NCBI RefSeq assembly: GCF_963921235.1
Contig: NC_086108.1
Span: 58,468,001 to 58,532,000, forward strand
Reading direction: 5' to 3'
Source of the DNA: Mobula hypostoma
Lineage: Eukaryota
Length of the DNA stretch: 64,000 nt
The position numbers and the translations under genes were made by a program. Below, one piece after another: positions 1 through 13,023 of this stretch (within the stretch, counting starts at the first letter, position 1; each line of letters starts with the position of its first letter). The notes below the pieces were generated by a model that worked only from the letters and a program-made list of their open reading frames with translations, ran no database searches and was not told where the DNA came from.

Positions 1-506
1 CAATAATGTCGTCAACTCCGCTCCTCTATTCCTATGTTTTAAGCTAATAAAGAAGATTCGGAAAGGTCAAATTACATCATATGAAAATGTTGCATAAAAG
101 CTTTCCAAGTTTCTTCAAATTTAACTGAAGGGTCAGAAATATCACTTCTAATTTTTTCTAAATTTAAACTCAATATAGTTTGGGAAAGCCATTGGAATGT
201 AGTAGGAGGATTGGTCTCCTTCCAGTTCAATAAAATAGATCTTCTGGCCATTAAAATAACAAAAGCTATCATCCGACAGGCTGAAGATGACAAAGATCTA
301 TGTTCTACCACTGGCAATCCAAAAATTGCTGTAATAGGATGGGGTTGTAAATCCAAGCAAAGAACTGTTGAGATAACATAAAAAATCTTTCCAATATTTT
401 TCCAAAAGAGGACAGGACCAAAACATATGAGTTAAAGAAGCTTCCTCAGAGTGACTTCTGTCACAAATAGGGTTTGTATGGGAATAAAAACAGGCTAATT
501 TATCTT
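1..506 (-). mobile_element. L1-clade LINE ORF2 C-terminal fragment plus start of 3' UTR
   Basis: ORF 72-356(-) PHPITAIFGLP...LNLEKIRS...FHMM* is clearly homologous to the C-terminus of the L1 ORF at 62371-63699. The CDRC/HMFWSC zinc-knuckle region is degenerate at ~410-470. Confidence 0.85.
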
Positions 507-589
507 TTTTTTTTAATTAGTACTTCTTCTATATGTGCTAAACATACATTAATACAATTTAAAGTAGTGCACAGAGCCCATATGTCTAA

Positions 590-1312
590 ATGGATTTCAG
601 ACGACCTTTGACAAGGTGCTAAACGTGAGGCTGCTTAGCAAGATAGAGCCCATGGTATGATAGGAAAGATACTAGCATGGATAGAGCATTGGCTGATTGG
701 CATGAGTGGGAATAAAGGGAGACATTCTGATAGGCTGCCGGTGACTACTGGTGTTCTCCGGTGGTCGGTGTTGTGACTGCTTTTTTTTTTACATTGTATG
801 TCAATGATTTGTATGATGGAAATGAGTGCCAGTTTTCAGATTATATGAAGGTAGGTGGAGGGACACGTAGTGTTGAGGAAGCAGGGAGGCTGCAGAAGGA
901 CTTAGACAGATTAGGAGAATGGGCAAAGAAGTGACAGATGGAATACAGTGTCAGGAGATTAACTTTGGTATAAGGAAAAATGTGTAGTCCATTTTCTAGG
1001 TGGGGAGAAAATTTAAAAGTCCATGTGCAAAGGGACTTGGGAGTGCCCGTGCAGAATTCACTAAAGGTTAACTTTCAGGTTGAGTTGGTGATGAAGAAGG
1101 CAAATGCAATGTTAGCATTCATTTTGGGACTCCGAGAATATAAAAACAAGGATTTAATGCTGAATTTTTATATACCATAATCATATCCCCTCTTGACCTT
1201 CTCCACTCTTGGGAAAACAGACTTAGCCTCTCCAATCTCTCCTCATAACTGAATTGCTCTATCCCGGGCAACATCCTGGTAATTTTCCTCTGCCCCCATT
1301 TTGGAGCTATCA
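590..1312. mobile_element. Decayed CR1 LINE RT fragments (+ strand ~590-1178, - strand ~1178-1312)
   Basis: FDKV, LQKDLDRLGEWAKK and KKANAMLAFI remnants on +; RMLPG..FSYEERLERL on -. Confidence 0.75.
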
Positions 1313-2084
1313 ATCACTGGCCCTCATGCCTCAAGCTGCCACAGCCCTCTGACCCCAGGACTCACCAACTTGTGGAGACTTGCCAACCTGTTTGGGTGGT
1401 GGGGGAGGGTTTGTCACTAGCCCATGTTAATAGGGCCTGCTGAACATGGTCATTATTCATGGACATCACTGGTCGTCTTCCTCAGCACCTGCCAACCGGA
1501 CCCCTGGGATTGCTGGCCTTCAAACATAAAGTGCTCCAACATGGGCTCTGACTACCAGCTCCTTCTGCAACTCTTCATTAAACTCCCCTCATCTGTATCC
1601 CTAAACCCCAAAATGAGCTCTACCATCCCTATGAACCTAACCAAAAAATTAAGTTTGAGGCACAACCTTGATGAACATCACATTTTGGTGCCATCTTGAC
1701 CAGAAGGAAATGAGAATACAAGGTTTTGGTCTGAATAATGATTTTCTTTTCTTTTATGAAGCCAAATCTGTATAATCCTTTATTCAGTCTACTATGGTCT
1801 TGAGATATTGGTAGTATGGTGGACTAACTTAAAATGAAAGTGCTGTGCTATCTGCTTGGGAAGGAACAAGTACCTTTACATTATACATGCCAAACGTTAT
1901 AAGGGAATGATATTCCTATTCAAGAGTTCGCAATTTGTGAATAAATTTGTAAGTCAATTTCAATATACATGACTTGTATGAAATCACAGAATATACAGAA
2001 TTACAGTATTGCAGTATTATAGCATAATGCAAGGCCATTTACTGACTGTCTTTGCAATGGCAATCTGAGCATCTTACTTCTGAA

Positions 2085-3460
2085 CCTTCAGTCATCTACC
2101 TGATGAATTGTCCCTACTCCCATTTGGATAAGCAGGGCAGCATTGTGAGGATCATGATTTTTTTGCTGTCTCAAGAGCCTTCAAAACCATACAACCCTCA
2201 TTGCTGGGGGAAAGCTCCGTTCAATGAAGGTTGGCACTTCAGTTGTATCCTGGATAATGGACTACCTTTGTGGGGCTTCAGCACTGTATGTCAGACATGG
2301 CTATAAGCAGCACTGAGGCCCCACAGTAAACTGTATTGGCTCCCTTCTTGTTTATCCTATTTTCCTTGGACTTTAGATACAACAGTGAGTCCTGTCATCT
2401 GCAGAAATTCTCTGATGACTCAGCAATAGTTGGGTGTATAAAGGGCGGATGGGAGGACGAATATGGGACCCCGGTGGAGGACTTCGTTAAATGGTGCGAG
2501 CTGAATCATCCGCAGCTCAGCATCAGTAAGACAAAGGAAATGGTGATGGACTTTAGGAAGACTAAGCCTGCACTGCTCCCTGTTACTATTGATGGAGAGA
2601 ATGTGAATGTGATGAGAAGCCTCAAGTCCCTGGGCTGCACCTGGATGACAGACTTGAGTGGAGCACCAACACAGAGGCTGTGTACAAGAAGGGCCAGAGT
2701 CACCTCTACTTCCCAAGGAGACTGAGGTCCTTTGGAATTATGCAGGCCTCTCCTTCACATGTTCTACCAGTCTGTTATCACCAGTATAATCTTCTATGCG
2801 GTGGCATGCTGGGGTAATGGCATCAACACTGGTAATGCCAACAGGCTTAATAAACTGATTAGAAAGGCTGCCTCTGTTATCAGAGTCAAACTGGAGACAC
2901 TGGAGTCTGTGGTAGAACAAAGGACTGAACAGAAAATCCTGACAATTCTGTAAAATGCTTCTCACCCTCTGCATGCCACCTTGGCTAAACAGAAGAGCAC
3001 TTTCAGTAATAGTCTAAGACAACTGTATTGCTCCAAAAAGCACTACATGAGGTCATTCTTACCCTTGACCATTAGGTTCTATAATGAATCAACCCATAGC
3101 CGGGAAAGTGAGTACCTCACTCCTGTCAGATTATTATTAACTTCTGCTTACCAGAACCCTGTTTAGGCTCTGTTGAACCCTGCTATCGTAGAGACCCTGT
3201 GCAATACTAACATCACTTCTCATGTGGACGGTGTGAATGTGCACCCATTACTGTACAATATTATGGTAATTCCTGCACTACCATCTTATCAGTGTAACCT
3301 TGGATTTCTTGTAAATCTTGTACATCTGATTTTTAAGGTAACTTTTTTTTAATTGTTTCTTTGTTGTCTTCTAATATTTTTCTACCTGTGTACCTGTAAT
3401 GCTACGGTGGCACTGCTATTGCCTTTGGAATCAATGAAGTATCTATCTATCTATCTATCT
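2085..3460 (+). mobile_element. Rex1/Babar-type LINE, 5'-truncated and frameshifted
   Basis: LAPFLF...CHLQKFSDDSAIVG...KTKEMVMDFRK and LHMFYQSV..SIIFYAVACWG motifs; ends in a (TATC)n tail at ~3440-3460. Confidence 0.85.
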
Positions 3461-4589
3461 TTCCAACTCACATTTAAGACAAAAGGTCATAGGTTTAAAC
3501 AACAAGCACTTCAAGATTAGCCACAGTCTACGATGGTAATTCAATGTCGCATTGAGACAGGATGATTTGTTGCAAAAGATCTTTTGCATGAGTACAAAGT
3601 ATCTTTATTGGTAGCTCCTCTTGTTTATTTTGTATTTGTCTACTCTCAGGTGAAATGCAAATATCGAGAATAACCTTATTTTGCATATTATACTATGAAA
3701 GCATTAGTAAGATAGAAGTGTATTTCTAGCTACAAAGTAAGCAGGATCTGGTTTGTGTCACTACCCTCGAAGCCTCAACAATGCAGGACCTGTTAGAGAT
3801 AATGCTGTCAGCACAGGAAGCTTCAAAACCATTGCAGTCTGTCTTTGAACAAAGTTGGTTATCATCTTGGTTAAATCAAGGACCTGACGTGGCACACATA
3901 GAAAATATAAAATAACAATAAATTACACTAGATAACATATATATACTATATACATTTGATATGATATATCATGTTTTTTATTGTTACAATATAATACAGC
4001 AGCAGATCTTGTTCAAAGGTATGGATATATAATGCATATGATATTCATGCAAGAAGTTGATATCAGAAATGATTCATCACTCACTTTGTCATTTTCGACT
4101 GGTCAAGAAGTGTTAATTGAATGCCTTCAAAGTGTGAAGATTTTGTACCTTTTGCTGAATGTGTGTAATTGCCATTTTTTCTACTCGGAGAGACAAAGTG
4201 AATCATATCATTGAAGTGAATAGGTATTCCTTTTCCCCTATTGCAATTAACAAAACGTTTCTCAGTTCAACATGAATATGGAGTTGTGCAAGTTATTTTT
4301 CAGCTCTACAATGTTTAGATCTTGGATTGTAGGGAAGATGCCTTTTATAAAACCCTGATACATGGCAGAAAGTATATTTCTTTTCTTCTCTTGGATGGAG
4401 GGAGGTTCAACTTGTCTGTCAACCACTTGTGCTGAGTTCTAAGACATAGAAAACAGGTACTCTGTGAGCCAGGACCCCAAATTTGGGCCACCGGTACCAT
4501 CTGGGGGGAATAATTCTTATAGTGATTTTTGGCGAGGTATACACCCCTAGTGCTAGAAAATATGTGATAGCATTGCAGCAGTGGTAGCT

Positions 4590-5092
4590 TTCTGTGATCC
4601 CATGGTGCTTTGCCTATGATAAGATGAACTATGCCAGGTACCTGTCCCCTTACTTTGCTCAGGTGATGAACCTCCCAGAGAAGAATCCTTCTGTGTATGA
4701 GGCTTCAAGACAGGCCAATTCTCAGTGCAGCTGTCAAGTAACAACCCCTTTGGGCAGATCCCTGTGGACCAGGCTATTGAAGCCACAGTGTATAAAGACA
4801 CATAGACTCCTGGGGGCTCATCACGGTTTAGCCTGAATGCTGGAGCTATCAAGCGTTACGACAAAACAGCTGAGCAGCACAGTGCATTCCTGGGACAGTT
4901 AAGGGAAATGGTGCAGGGCAACAAATCAGAGCTTTGTCATGTGGAGCTACAGCGGCCAAGAATCCAGAAAGATGAGGAAGCAGTTTCAGCAGTGGTTAGC
5001 CTCATACATGAATGGGTCACCCCATTTGCAGAGAAGCAGGACCTCATTAACATCTCTACAGCAAAGACAGCCCCCAAGGACATTGCCTCTGA
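4590..5092 (+). pseudogene. Fragment of a large DNA-transposon transposase (tentatively CMC/Chapaev-like, invertebrate type)
   Basis: One frameshift joins IPWCFAYDKMNYARYL...EA/FKTGQFSVQLSSNNPFGQIPVDQAIE...RIQKDEEAVSAV..W..PF. One in-frame stop. Superfamily assignment is from recalled motifs only. Confidence 0.55.
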
Positions 5093-5281
5093 GTGTTTTT
5101 TTAAAATTCAGTCAATCTTTACTTCTCAGATAATGTTACCTTTAAAGAAAAGACTACCTCATTATCTGGCTGCATGTTTATACAGATGTGCAAACCACTT
5201 TCTCTCATTTTCCAATAAAAAATTGTGATCATATTTCAAAAGTACACATCACTGCAAATCGTTGGCAGCAGCAGAGATACA

Positions 5282-7791
5282 GTGGAGCAGATTGGGAGGC
5301 AGATTTTGGAAAGGTGCAAAATAACAGGGTTGTTATCGTGGGTGACTTTAACTTCCCTAATATTGATTGGCATCTGATTAGTTCCAAGGGTTTAGATGGG
5401 GCAGAGTTTGTTAAGTGTGTCCAGGACTGATTCCTGTCACAGTATGTGGACAGGCTGACTAGGGGGAATGCCATACTACATCTAGTACTAGGTAATGAAC
5501 TGGGTCAGGTCACAGATCTCTCAGTGGGTGAGCATCTGGGGGACAGTGACCACTGCTCCCTGGCCTTTAGCATTATCATGGAAAAGGATAGAATCAGAGA
5601 GGACAGGAAAAGTTTTAATTGGGGAAGGGCAAATTATGAGGCTATAAGGCTAGAACTTGCGGGTGTGAATTGGGATGATGTTTTTGCAGGGAAATGTACT
5701 ATGGACATGTGGTGGATGTTTAGAGATCTCTTGCAGGATGTTAGGGATAAATTTGTCCCGGTGAGGAAGATAAAGAATGGTAGGGTGAAGGAACCACGGG
5801 TGACAAGCGGGGTGGAAAATCTAGTCAGGTGGAAGAAGGCAGCACACATGAGGTTTAGGAAGCAAGGATCAGATGGGTCTATTGAGGAATATAGGGAAGC
5901 AAGAAAGGAGCTTAAGAAGGAAAGGGGCTGAGAAGAGCAAGAAGGGGGCATGAGAAGGCCTTGGCGAGTAGGATAAAGGAAAACCCTAAAGCATTCTTCA
6001 ATTATGTGAAGAAAAAAAGGATGACAGGAGTGAAGGTAGGACCGATTAGAGATAAAGGTGGGAAGATGTGCCTGGAGGCTGTGGAAATGAGCGAGGTCCT
6101 CAATGAATACTTCTCTGCGGTATTCACCGATGAGAGGGAACTTGATGATGGTGAGGACAATATGATTGAGGTTGATGTTCTGGAGCATGTTGATATTAAG
6201 GGAGAGGAGGTGTTGGAGTTGTTAAAATACATTAGGACAGATAAGTCCCCGGGGCCTGACGGAATATTCCCCAGGCTGCTCCATGAGGCGAGGGAAGAGA
6301 TTGCTGAGCCTCTGGCTAGGATCTTTATGTCCTCGTTGTCTACAGGAATGGTACCGGAGGATTGGAGGGAGGCGAATGTTGTCCCCTTGTTCAAAAAAGG
6401 TAGTAGGGATAGTCCAGGTAATTTAGACCAGTGAGACTTACATCTGTGGTGGGAAAGCTGTTGGAAAAGATTCTTAGAGATAGGATCTATGAGCATTTAG
6501 AGAATCATGGTCTGATCAGGGACAGTCAGCATGGCTTTGTGAAGGGCAGATCGTGTCTAACAAGCCTGGTAGAGTTCTTTGAGGAGGTGACCAGGCATAT
6601 AGATGAGGGTAGTGCAGTGGATGTGATCTGTATGGATTTTAGTAAGGCATTTGACAAGGTTCCACATGGTAGGCTTATTCAGAAAGTTAGAAGGCATGGG
6701 ATCCAAGGAAGTTTGGCCAGGTGGATTCAGAATTGGCTTGCCTGCAGAAGGCAGAGGGTTGTGGAGGAGGGAATACATTCCAATTGGAGGATTGTGACTA
6801 GTGGTGTCCCACAAGGATCTATTCTGGGACCTCTACTTTTTGTGATTTTTATTAACGACCTGGATGTGGGGTTAGAAGGGTGGGTTGGCAAGTTTGCGGA
6901 CGACACAAAGGTTGGTGGTGTTGTAGATAGTGTAGAGGATTGTCAAAGATTGCAGAGAGACATTGATAGGATGCAGAAGTGGGCTGAGAAGTGGCAGATG
7001 GAGTTCAACCCGGAGAAGTGTGAGGTGGTACACTTTGGAAGGACAAACTCTAAGGCAGAGTACAAAGTAAATGGCAGGATACTTGGTAGTGTGGAGGAGC
7101 AGAGGGATCTGGGTTACATGTCCACAGATCCCTGAAAGTTGCCTCACAGGTGGATAGGGTGGTGAAGAAAGCTTGTGGGGTGTTAGCTTTCATAAGTCGA
7201 GCGATAGAGTTTAAGAGTCGCGATGTAATGATGCAGCTTTATAAAACTCTGGTTAGGCCACACTTGGAGTACTGTGTCCAGTTCTGGTCGCCTCACTATA
7301 GGAAGGATGTGGAAGCATTGGAAAGGGTACAGAGGAGATTTATCAGGATGCTGCCTGGTTTAGAAAGTATGCATTATGATCAGAGATTAAGGGAACTAGG
7401 GCTTTACTCTTTGGAGAGAAGGAGGATGAGGGGAGACATGATAGAGGTGTACAAGATAATAAGAGGAATAGATAGAGTGGATAGCCAGCGCCTCTTCTCC
7501 AGGGCACCACTGCTCAATACAAGAGGACATGGCTTTAAGGTAAGGGGTGGAAAGTTCAAGGGGGATATTAGAGGAAGGTTTTTTACTCAGAGAGTGGTTG
7601 GTGCATAGAATGCACTGCCTGAGTCAGTGGTGGAGGCAGATACACTAGTGAAGATTAAGAGACTACTAGACTGGTACGTGAGGAACTTAAGGTGGGGGCT
7701 TATATGGGAGGCAGGTTTGAGGGTCGGCGCAACATTGTGGGCCGAAGGGCCTGTACTCTGCTGTACTATTCTATGTTCTATGTTCTATGTT
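5282..7791 (+). mobile_element. CR1 LINE ORF2 (end of APE endonuclease plus RT), 5'-truncated, few disablements
   Basis: [35 protein letters not shown] and FADD motifs across consecutive ORFs; (CTATGTT)n tail at ~7770-7791. Confidence 0.95.
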
Positions 7792-8242
7792 TTGGAACAA
7801 GATGAAGAGGAGAAAGCTGTTATTTAAATTTAGCTTTCCTGTTTTTATTCTTCTTCAAGTAATTAATGAAGTAACTTTTGAAATATTTTCTAGATATTTC
7901 ATGAAGTGGGTCCTAACAGCATAGTCGTTAAATCTTTTGGTAATTATTTTAGGCGTATCTCTTGCAGGTTCTGTATCCCTGTCTGAAAGGGATAGTTTTA
8001 TAAATTAATTTTTATCAAAACATTTTATAAATAAACATCATCCTCTTAGATATTCTGTGAAGCTTCTTTTTGTGCTCATAATTAAAACCTTGCATTGTTA
8101 ATATCAAATCACATACTAGTCAATAATCTACAATAATGGTGTTCTTTTATAATTCATATCCACTTTGACAAGTTTGGGTCCACATTTTCTTCATAGTTGT
8201 AATGGCACCAGTTGCCTCTGCAAATAAACTGGGTATTTTAAA

Positions 8243-8828
8243 GTCAGATTCAGACTCAGGTTTATGATCACTGACGTCGTTTTATTGCAGCTGTACAGTA
8301 CAACACATAAAAATTACTATAAATTATAACAAAATTATATTTGAAACAAGTAAATAGGGTAAGAGAGAGCAAAATGGTGAGGTACATGGACTGCTCAGAA
8401 ACGTGATGGCAGAGTGGAAGAAGCTATTCCTAAAATGCTGAATATGCTTCTTCAGGCTCCTGCATCTCCTCCGTGACCATAGTAATGAGAAGAGGGCATG
8501 TCCTCTTCTGGTGAGGGTCCTTCATAATGGATGCCACCTTCTCAATTCATCACCTTTTGAAGATTTCCTCGATGGTGGGGAGGCCAGTGCCCATAATGAA
8601 GCTGGTTGGGTCCTCAACCCTCTGCAGATTTTTGCATTCCTGTGCTTTGGGGACTCCGTAACAGACAATGATGCAACCAGTCAGAATCCCCTCCACAGTA
8701 CATCTGCAGAAATTTGCTGAGTCTTTTGGTGAAATACCAACTCTCCTCACAGTCCTAATGAAGTATAGCCACTGGTGTGCCTTCATGATTGCATCAATAT
8801 GTTGGGCTCAGAATAGATTCTCTGAGAT
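8243..8828 (-). mobile_element. Rex/L2-group LINE 3' fragment
   Basis: ORF 8550-8786(-) KAHQWLYFIRTVRR...RCTVEGILTGCI..YG; short tandem tail near 8243. Confidence 0.7.
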
Positions 8829-9692
8829 ATTTTGCATTTTTGTGAATTAAATGCCCTATAAAGTGGTATAATCTGAAGATGTAACAATACAATACCTTAG
8901 TGATTTAAATTAAATATTCATGCCTTTGGCATACATACTACTTTAACATTTCCAAATCAGAACCAAATGTGAGATGAAGTCCAATTCCAATCAATAAGCC
9001 ACAAGGTAAAGTTATCAAAAGGACAATTATGATTTTGCTGAGGACTAGATTTCCCTACAACTTGGATCATCTCATCTGATTTACTTCTACAAGCACTCCA
9101 CCATTTGAGCCCTGTCAGTGTCAGTTGTCAGTTATGGTTCAATGCCTAGTGATCTTCCCATTCCTGGACCGATAGCATAAAATCCAGTTGATTGACTATT
9201 AGGAAACTGTGGGAATGGTACATTCCCATACATAATTATTGGGAAACTATTCTTGGGCACACTGTAAGTCAGCACTTTGAAAGGAGAAAAGCTAAACAGA
9301 GTGGATGTTGAAAATCTGAAGATAAAGATAGAAGGTGTTGGTACGATGAAGTAAGCCGGCAGAATGTGTACAGGGAGAAACAGTTAATACTACAGCACAA
9401 TTCCGAAACATTAGTTTTGCTTCCCTTTCAATATATATGCTGCCTGATCTGTTGCATATTTCCAGGGAATCACCAGTTATTCATTACATATACATCAATG
9501 TTAATTAACAATTGATTTTTCTTTCTGGAAATAGCAAGGAAGGTTAGTAAGGGTAGAGCATTTGATATAGATTACAATGTTTTTAAAAGGTCCTGCAAGG
9601 CACGTTGACTGCAAAAAGTAAAAGTTTATAGGTCTAAGGATAGTTCAAAAAATTGGTCAGTAGCAGAAAGCAAAGGCAAGTGGTGTTTAAGA

Positions 9693-11640
9693 ATCTGGGG
9701 GGTTGTAAGTGGCACTATAACTAGAGGTATGAGACCTGACTGACAGTGTCAACTTGTTCCCATCGTCAACATCTGATAGGCATTCCCAGTTTGTGTTAAT
9801 TTTTTATTTTAATTTAACCCTGTTAATGATGGATAAGTAGGTACAGTGTGCTCTCTAGTAACCTGAAAGCAGTGAAGCATGAATTCTAATCCTATTAAGA
9901 AACAGAAACTACTGAAGTGTGCCAATACAATATTACATACCTGGAGTATGATCTTACTCTATTCCTGTCAGATCAGCAATGCCCCATGTGTCTTATTTGT
10001 AATGCTGTACTGTCTAATGAAACCATGAAGCCATCAAGATTACAGAAACACTTCCGTAAAAGACACCCTGACAAGGACACTTATGGTATTATTCAGTTCC
10101 AGAAGATGGAAGAGGCATTTGAAAGCCTTGCACACTTGAGTCATTTGTCAAGAAAGCTAAAAGTGACCTTGCTAGTGCTTCTTATAACACTTACAAAAGA
10201 ATATCAAAGTGTGGAAAATCTCATACAATTGGTGAAAGATTAATAATGCCTGCTGTATCAGAAGTGCTCACCACTATTCTTAAAATGGATACCAGTATTT
10301 AAAAATCAATTCCTCTGAGTAATAACTCTGTAGCTCATCGTATTGATGAAATAAGTGAAGACATTGAGTATCAACAATGCACAGAGCTAAAAAGAAACAG
10401 AATTTGGCATACAACTGGATGAGTCAACTGTGCGAGACAATGAGGCATTGCTAATGGCATATGTATTTATCAAAAATGGAAAAGCTTTTGAAGAGATTCT
10501 CTTTTGTAAAAAGTTAAAAACAAGTATCAACGAAGAATCAATCTACAATGAGCTCAAGATGTACATGGATGATAAAATTATTCCAATTAGGAACTTGATT
10601 TCTTGTGCAACAGATGGAGTATCATATATGATAGGTTGCCATACTAGTTTAGTGGCATTTATGAAAAAAACGCCCAAGTCTGTTTGCAATCATTGTGTAA
10701 TTCATCAACATCTTGCACCCTAAAACCTCAGCCAGCAACTTTTTTCATGCATGACTCTTGTAATATCTGCTTTCAACAAAATTAAAGCTCATCCATAAAA
10801 TAGCAGAATATTTTGCCAGTTACGCCAAGATAACGATGAAGTTTGAATGCTTGCTTCTACCCTATGAAACTGCAGGGCGGGAATTTCAATTTAATCCAGG
10901 CAAAAAGTGCAGTGTCCACTTCTATCGAAAAATTGGAAATCTATAACCAAAACATTGGGAGAAGAATGTTCTCTCAGTTTCTCTGCATGGAAACTATGGC
11001 ACTCTCTTTCACAAGCAGTGATTTGCAAGTGTACTTCTTACACCTGCAGTCACTGAAGAAGGATTTTCAGAATTGATTCAAAGATTTGAATGACCTGGAA
11101 ATTTCAGACTGGGTAATTTAGCCATTTCTTTGCAAGGTTGGAGAACAGGAAAAGAACTTGCAAGAAATTATCAAAATTCAGAATGATGAAGTAAAAATGC
11201 TTTTTAAAAATGTCGGCTTTTGTGGTATGTGACTACACTGTCCTACAAAGTTTCCTGGTCTTTGGAGAAGAGCCAGACTGCTTTTCACTGCATTTCCATC
11301 TTCCTACCTTGTGCAGTGAACCACATACTCACAAAAAACAGAAACCGCTTGGATATTGTTATGTATGGGGACTTAAGGCTTTTGCTGTCACAACTTACAC
11401 TAGATATTTCAACTCTTGCTAAAAACCATTAAGCTCAAGGATCATATTGATATCGAAGCTGTTGCACAGTGAGCAGGTACTGTGTAAGCTAGGTTTAAAA
11501 ACAAATAAGAATTTAAGCAGAATCATCTTTCTCATGTGGGCTCACATTTTACACTATGGGGCTTGGAAAGTATATTGTGCCTAAGAGGGGCATTGGCAAG
11601 TATGAAGGTGCTTTGGGCTAAAATAGGTTGGGAAACACTG
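9693..11640 (+). mobile_element. Decayed hAT Charlie/Buster-type DNA transposon
   Basis: BED finger CLIC..VLSNETMKPSRLQKH...H, QLDEST, CATDG..M.G, HCVIH, and C-terminal KNRNRLDI...GDLRLLL. Right TIR GGTTGGGAAACACTG ends at 11640; left TIR is eroded. Confidence 0.85.
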
Positions 11641-12599
11641 GTTTAACCAATGGCAAGTAATGCACTTTAAACAAACTAGTGGGAAGAAAATGCAGGCAAA
11701 AGGAAAAAAAGAAAGTTTTTTTTATTATTTGAAGCTTTAATGATTAAAATCTGAAGGAATGAGATTCTACTGTCATGAAAGTTAATTTTCAGTTTTGGCA
11801 AAATATTTTTGGCAGCATTAAGATTTTATTGCATTGTCGAATATTTTCCCACAAGGGATCAGATATTATAACAGTGACAAATTCTCTGTCTTAATCTCTG
11901 AGCTAACCTTTCCCAGAAGACTCACATGATATAGTTTTATTCTCAGTGTTACTAAACTATTAACTAGCCATGACCCAAACGGCAATCAGGACAGTAAATA
12001 GCTTCCTCTCATCAAGTATGAACTCCCTCGAATTGAAAATTGCAGTCTGTCTTTATAAAGTTTTATCCACCATATTTCTATCACTGGAAACTAGAAATAC
12101 TGTACCAGCACAGCTATTTCCCTACATAGCATATTCCAAATCTAATCAGACAATTATTTATTCCTGTGATGCCAGTGTCTCTGCAAATTTGAACATTGTC
12201 AAAAAATGTCATTCTGATCCAATACCCTCTTTGGTTTTTCAGTGAGTTTGAAAAGTATAATTTTTGACTACTCATCTGTATTCTAACCTTCTTGCAGTCT
12301 TTCCTGGGCCTGACTTCTATGTAGCATTCTATTTTAAAAGCCTAATCGACTGCTTTTATCACTGTGTTTATCCTTCTTAGCTTTCTTTGAGAAAAGACAA
12401 GAATTTGAACTTTAGTGGCTTGTTTTTCAATTTCTAAGATGGGTTAGCTAATTATTTATCTGTTCTGTGGAAGACAAATTAATAAAAGTGTATTTTTTTT
12501 ACCAGTTTTCATTCAGATTGTTTTTTCTGAACTTTATCAACCAATTAGAGGCACAGAGCCATAGAGCAATACAGCAAGGTTACAGGCCCTTTGGCCCAT

Positions 12600-13023
12600 C
12601 GTGTGTGGTCCTTGTACCCAAGGAGGACCAAGCAAAAGTCTTGTATGACTACCATCCAGTGGTCCTGACCACACAGCATAAAGACCCTAGAGAGGTTGGT
12701 CCTGGCTCACCTCCGACCCCTAGTTAGATTGCCCTCGATCCCCTGCAGTTTGCCTACCAGGAGCACAGTGGAGTCGACGATGCTGTCATCTACCTGCTGA
12801 ACAGAGCCTACTCCCATTTGGATAAACAGGGCAGCACTATGAAGTTCCTGTTTTTTGAGTCAGCCTATAGCCAGGGAAGTGATGATGCCCTCCTGTTAGA
12901 CTGTTTGAGGTAACGTTTTTTAAATTCTTTCTTACTTCTCTTCTGATATTTGTATATCTGTGCATTTGTAATGCTTCTGTGACACTATAATTTCCTTTGG
13001 GATCAATAAAGTATCTGTCTATC
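12600..13023 (+). mobile_element. Internally deleted Rex/Babar fragment
   Basis: DYHPVVLT...DPLQFAYQ..GVDDAVIYLL joined directly to the Rex 3' end (gggatcaataaagtatct), which is shared with ~3430 and ~32620. Confidence 0.75.

Noticed and set aside
11947..11993. Possible 47-nt exon (VTKLLTSHDPNGNQD)
   Set aside because: Weak donor, phase incompatible with the neighbouring candidates, and no recognisable homology.
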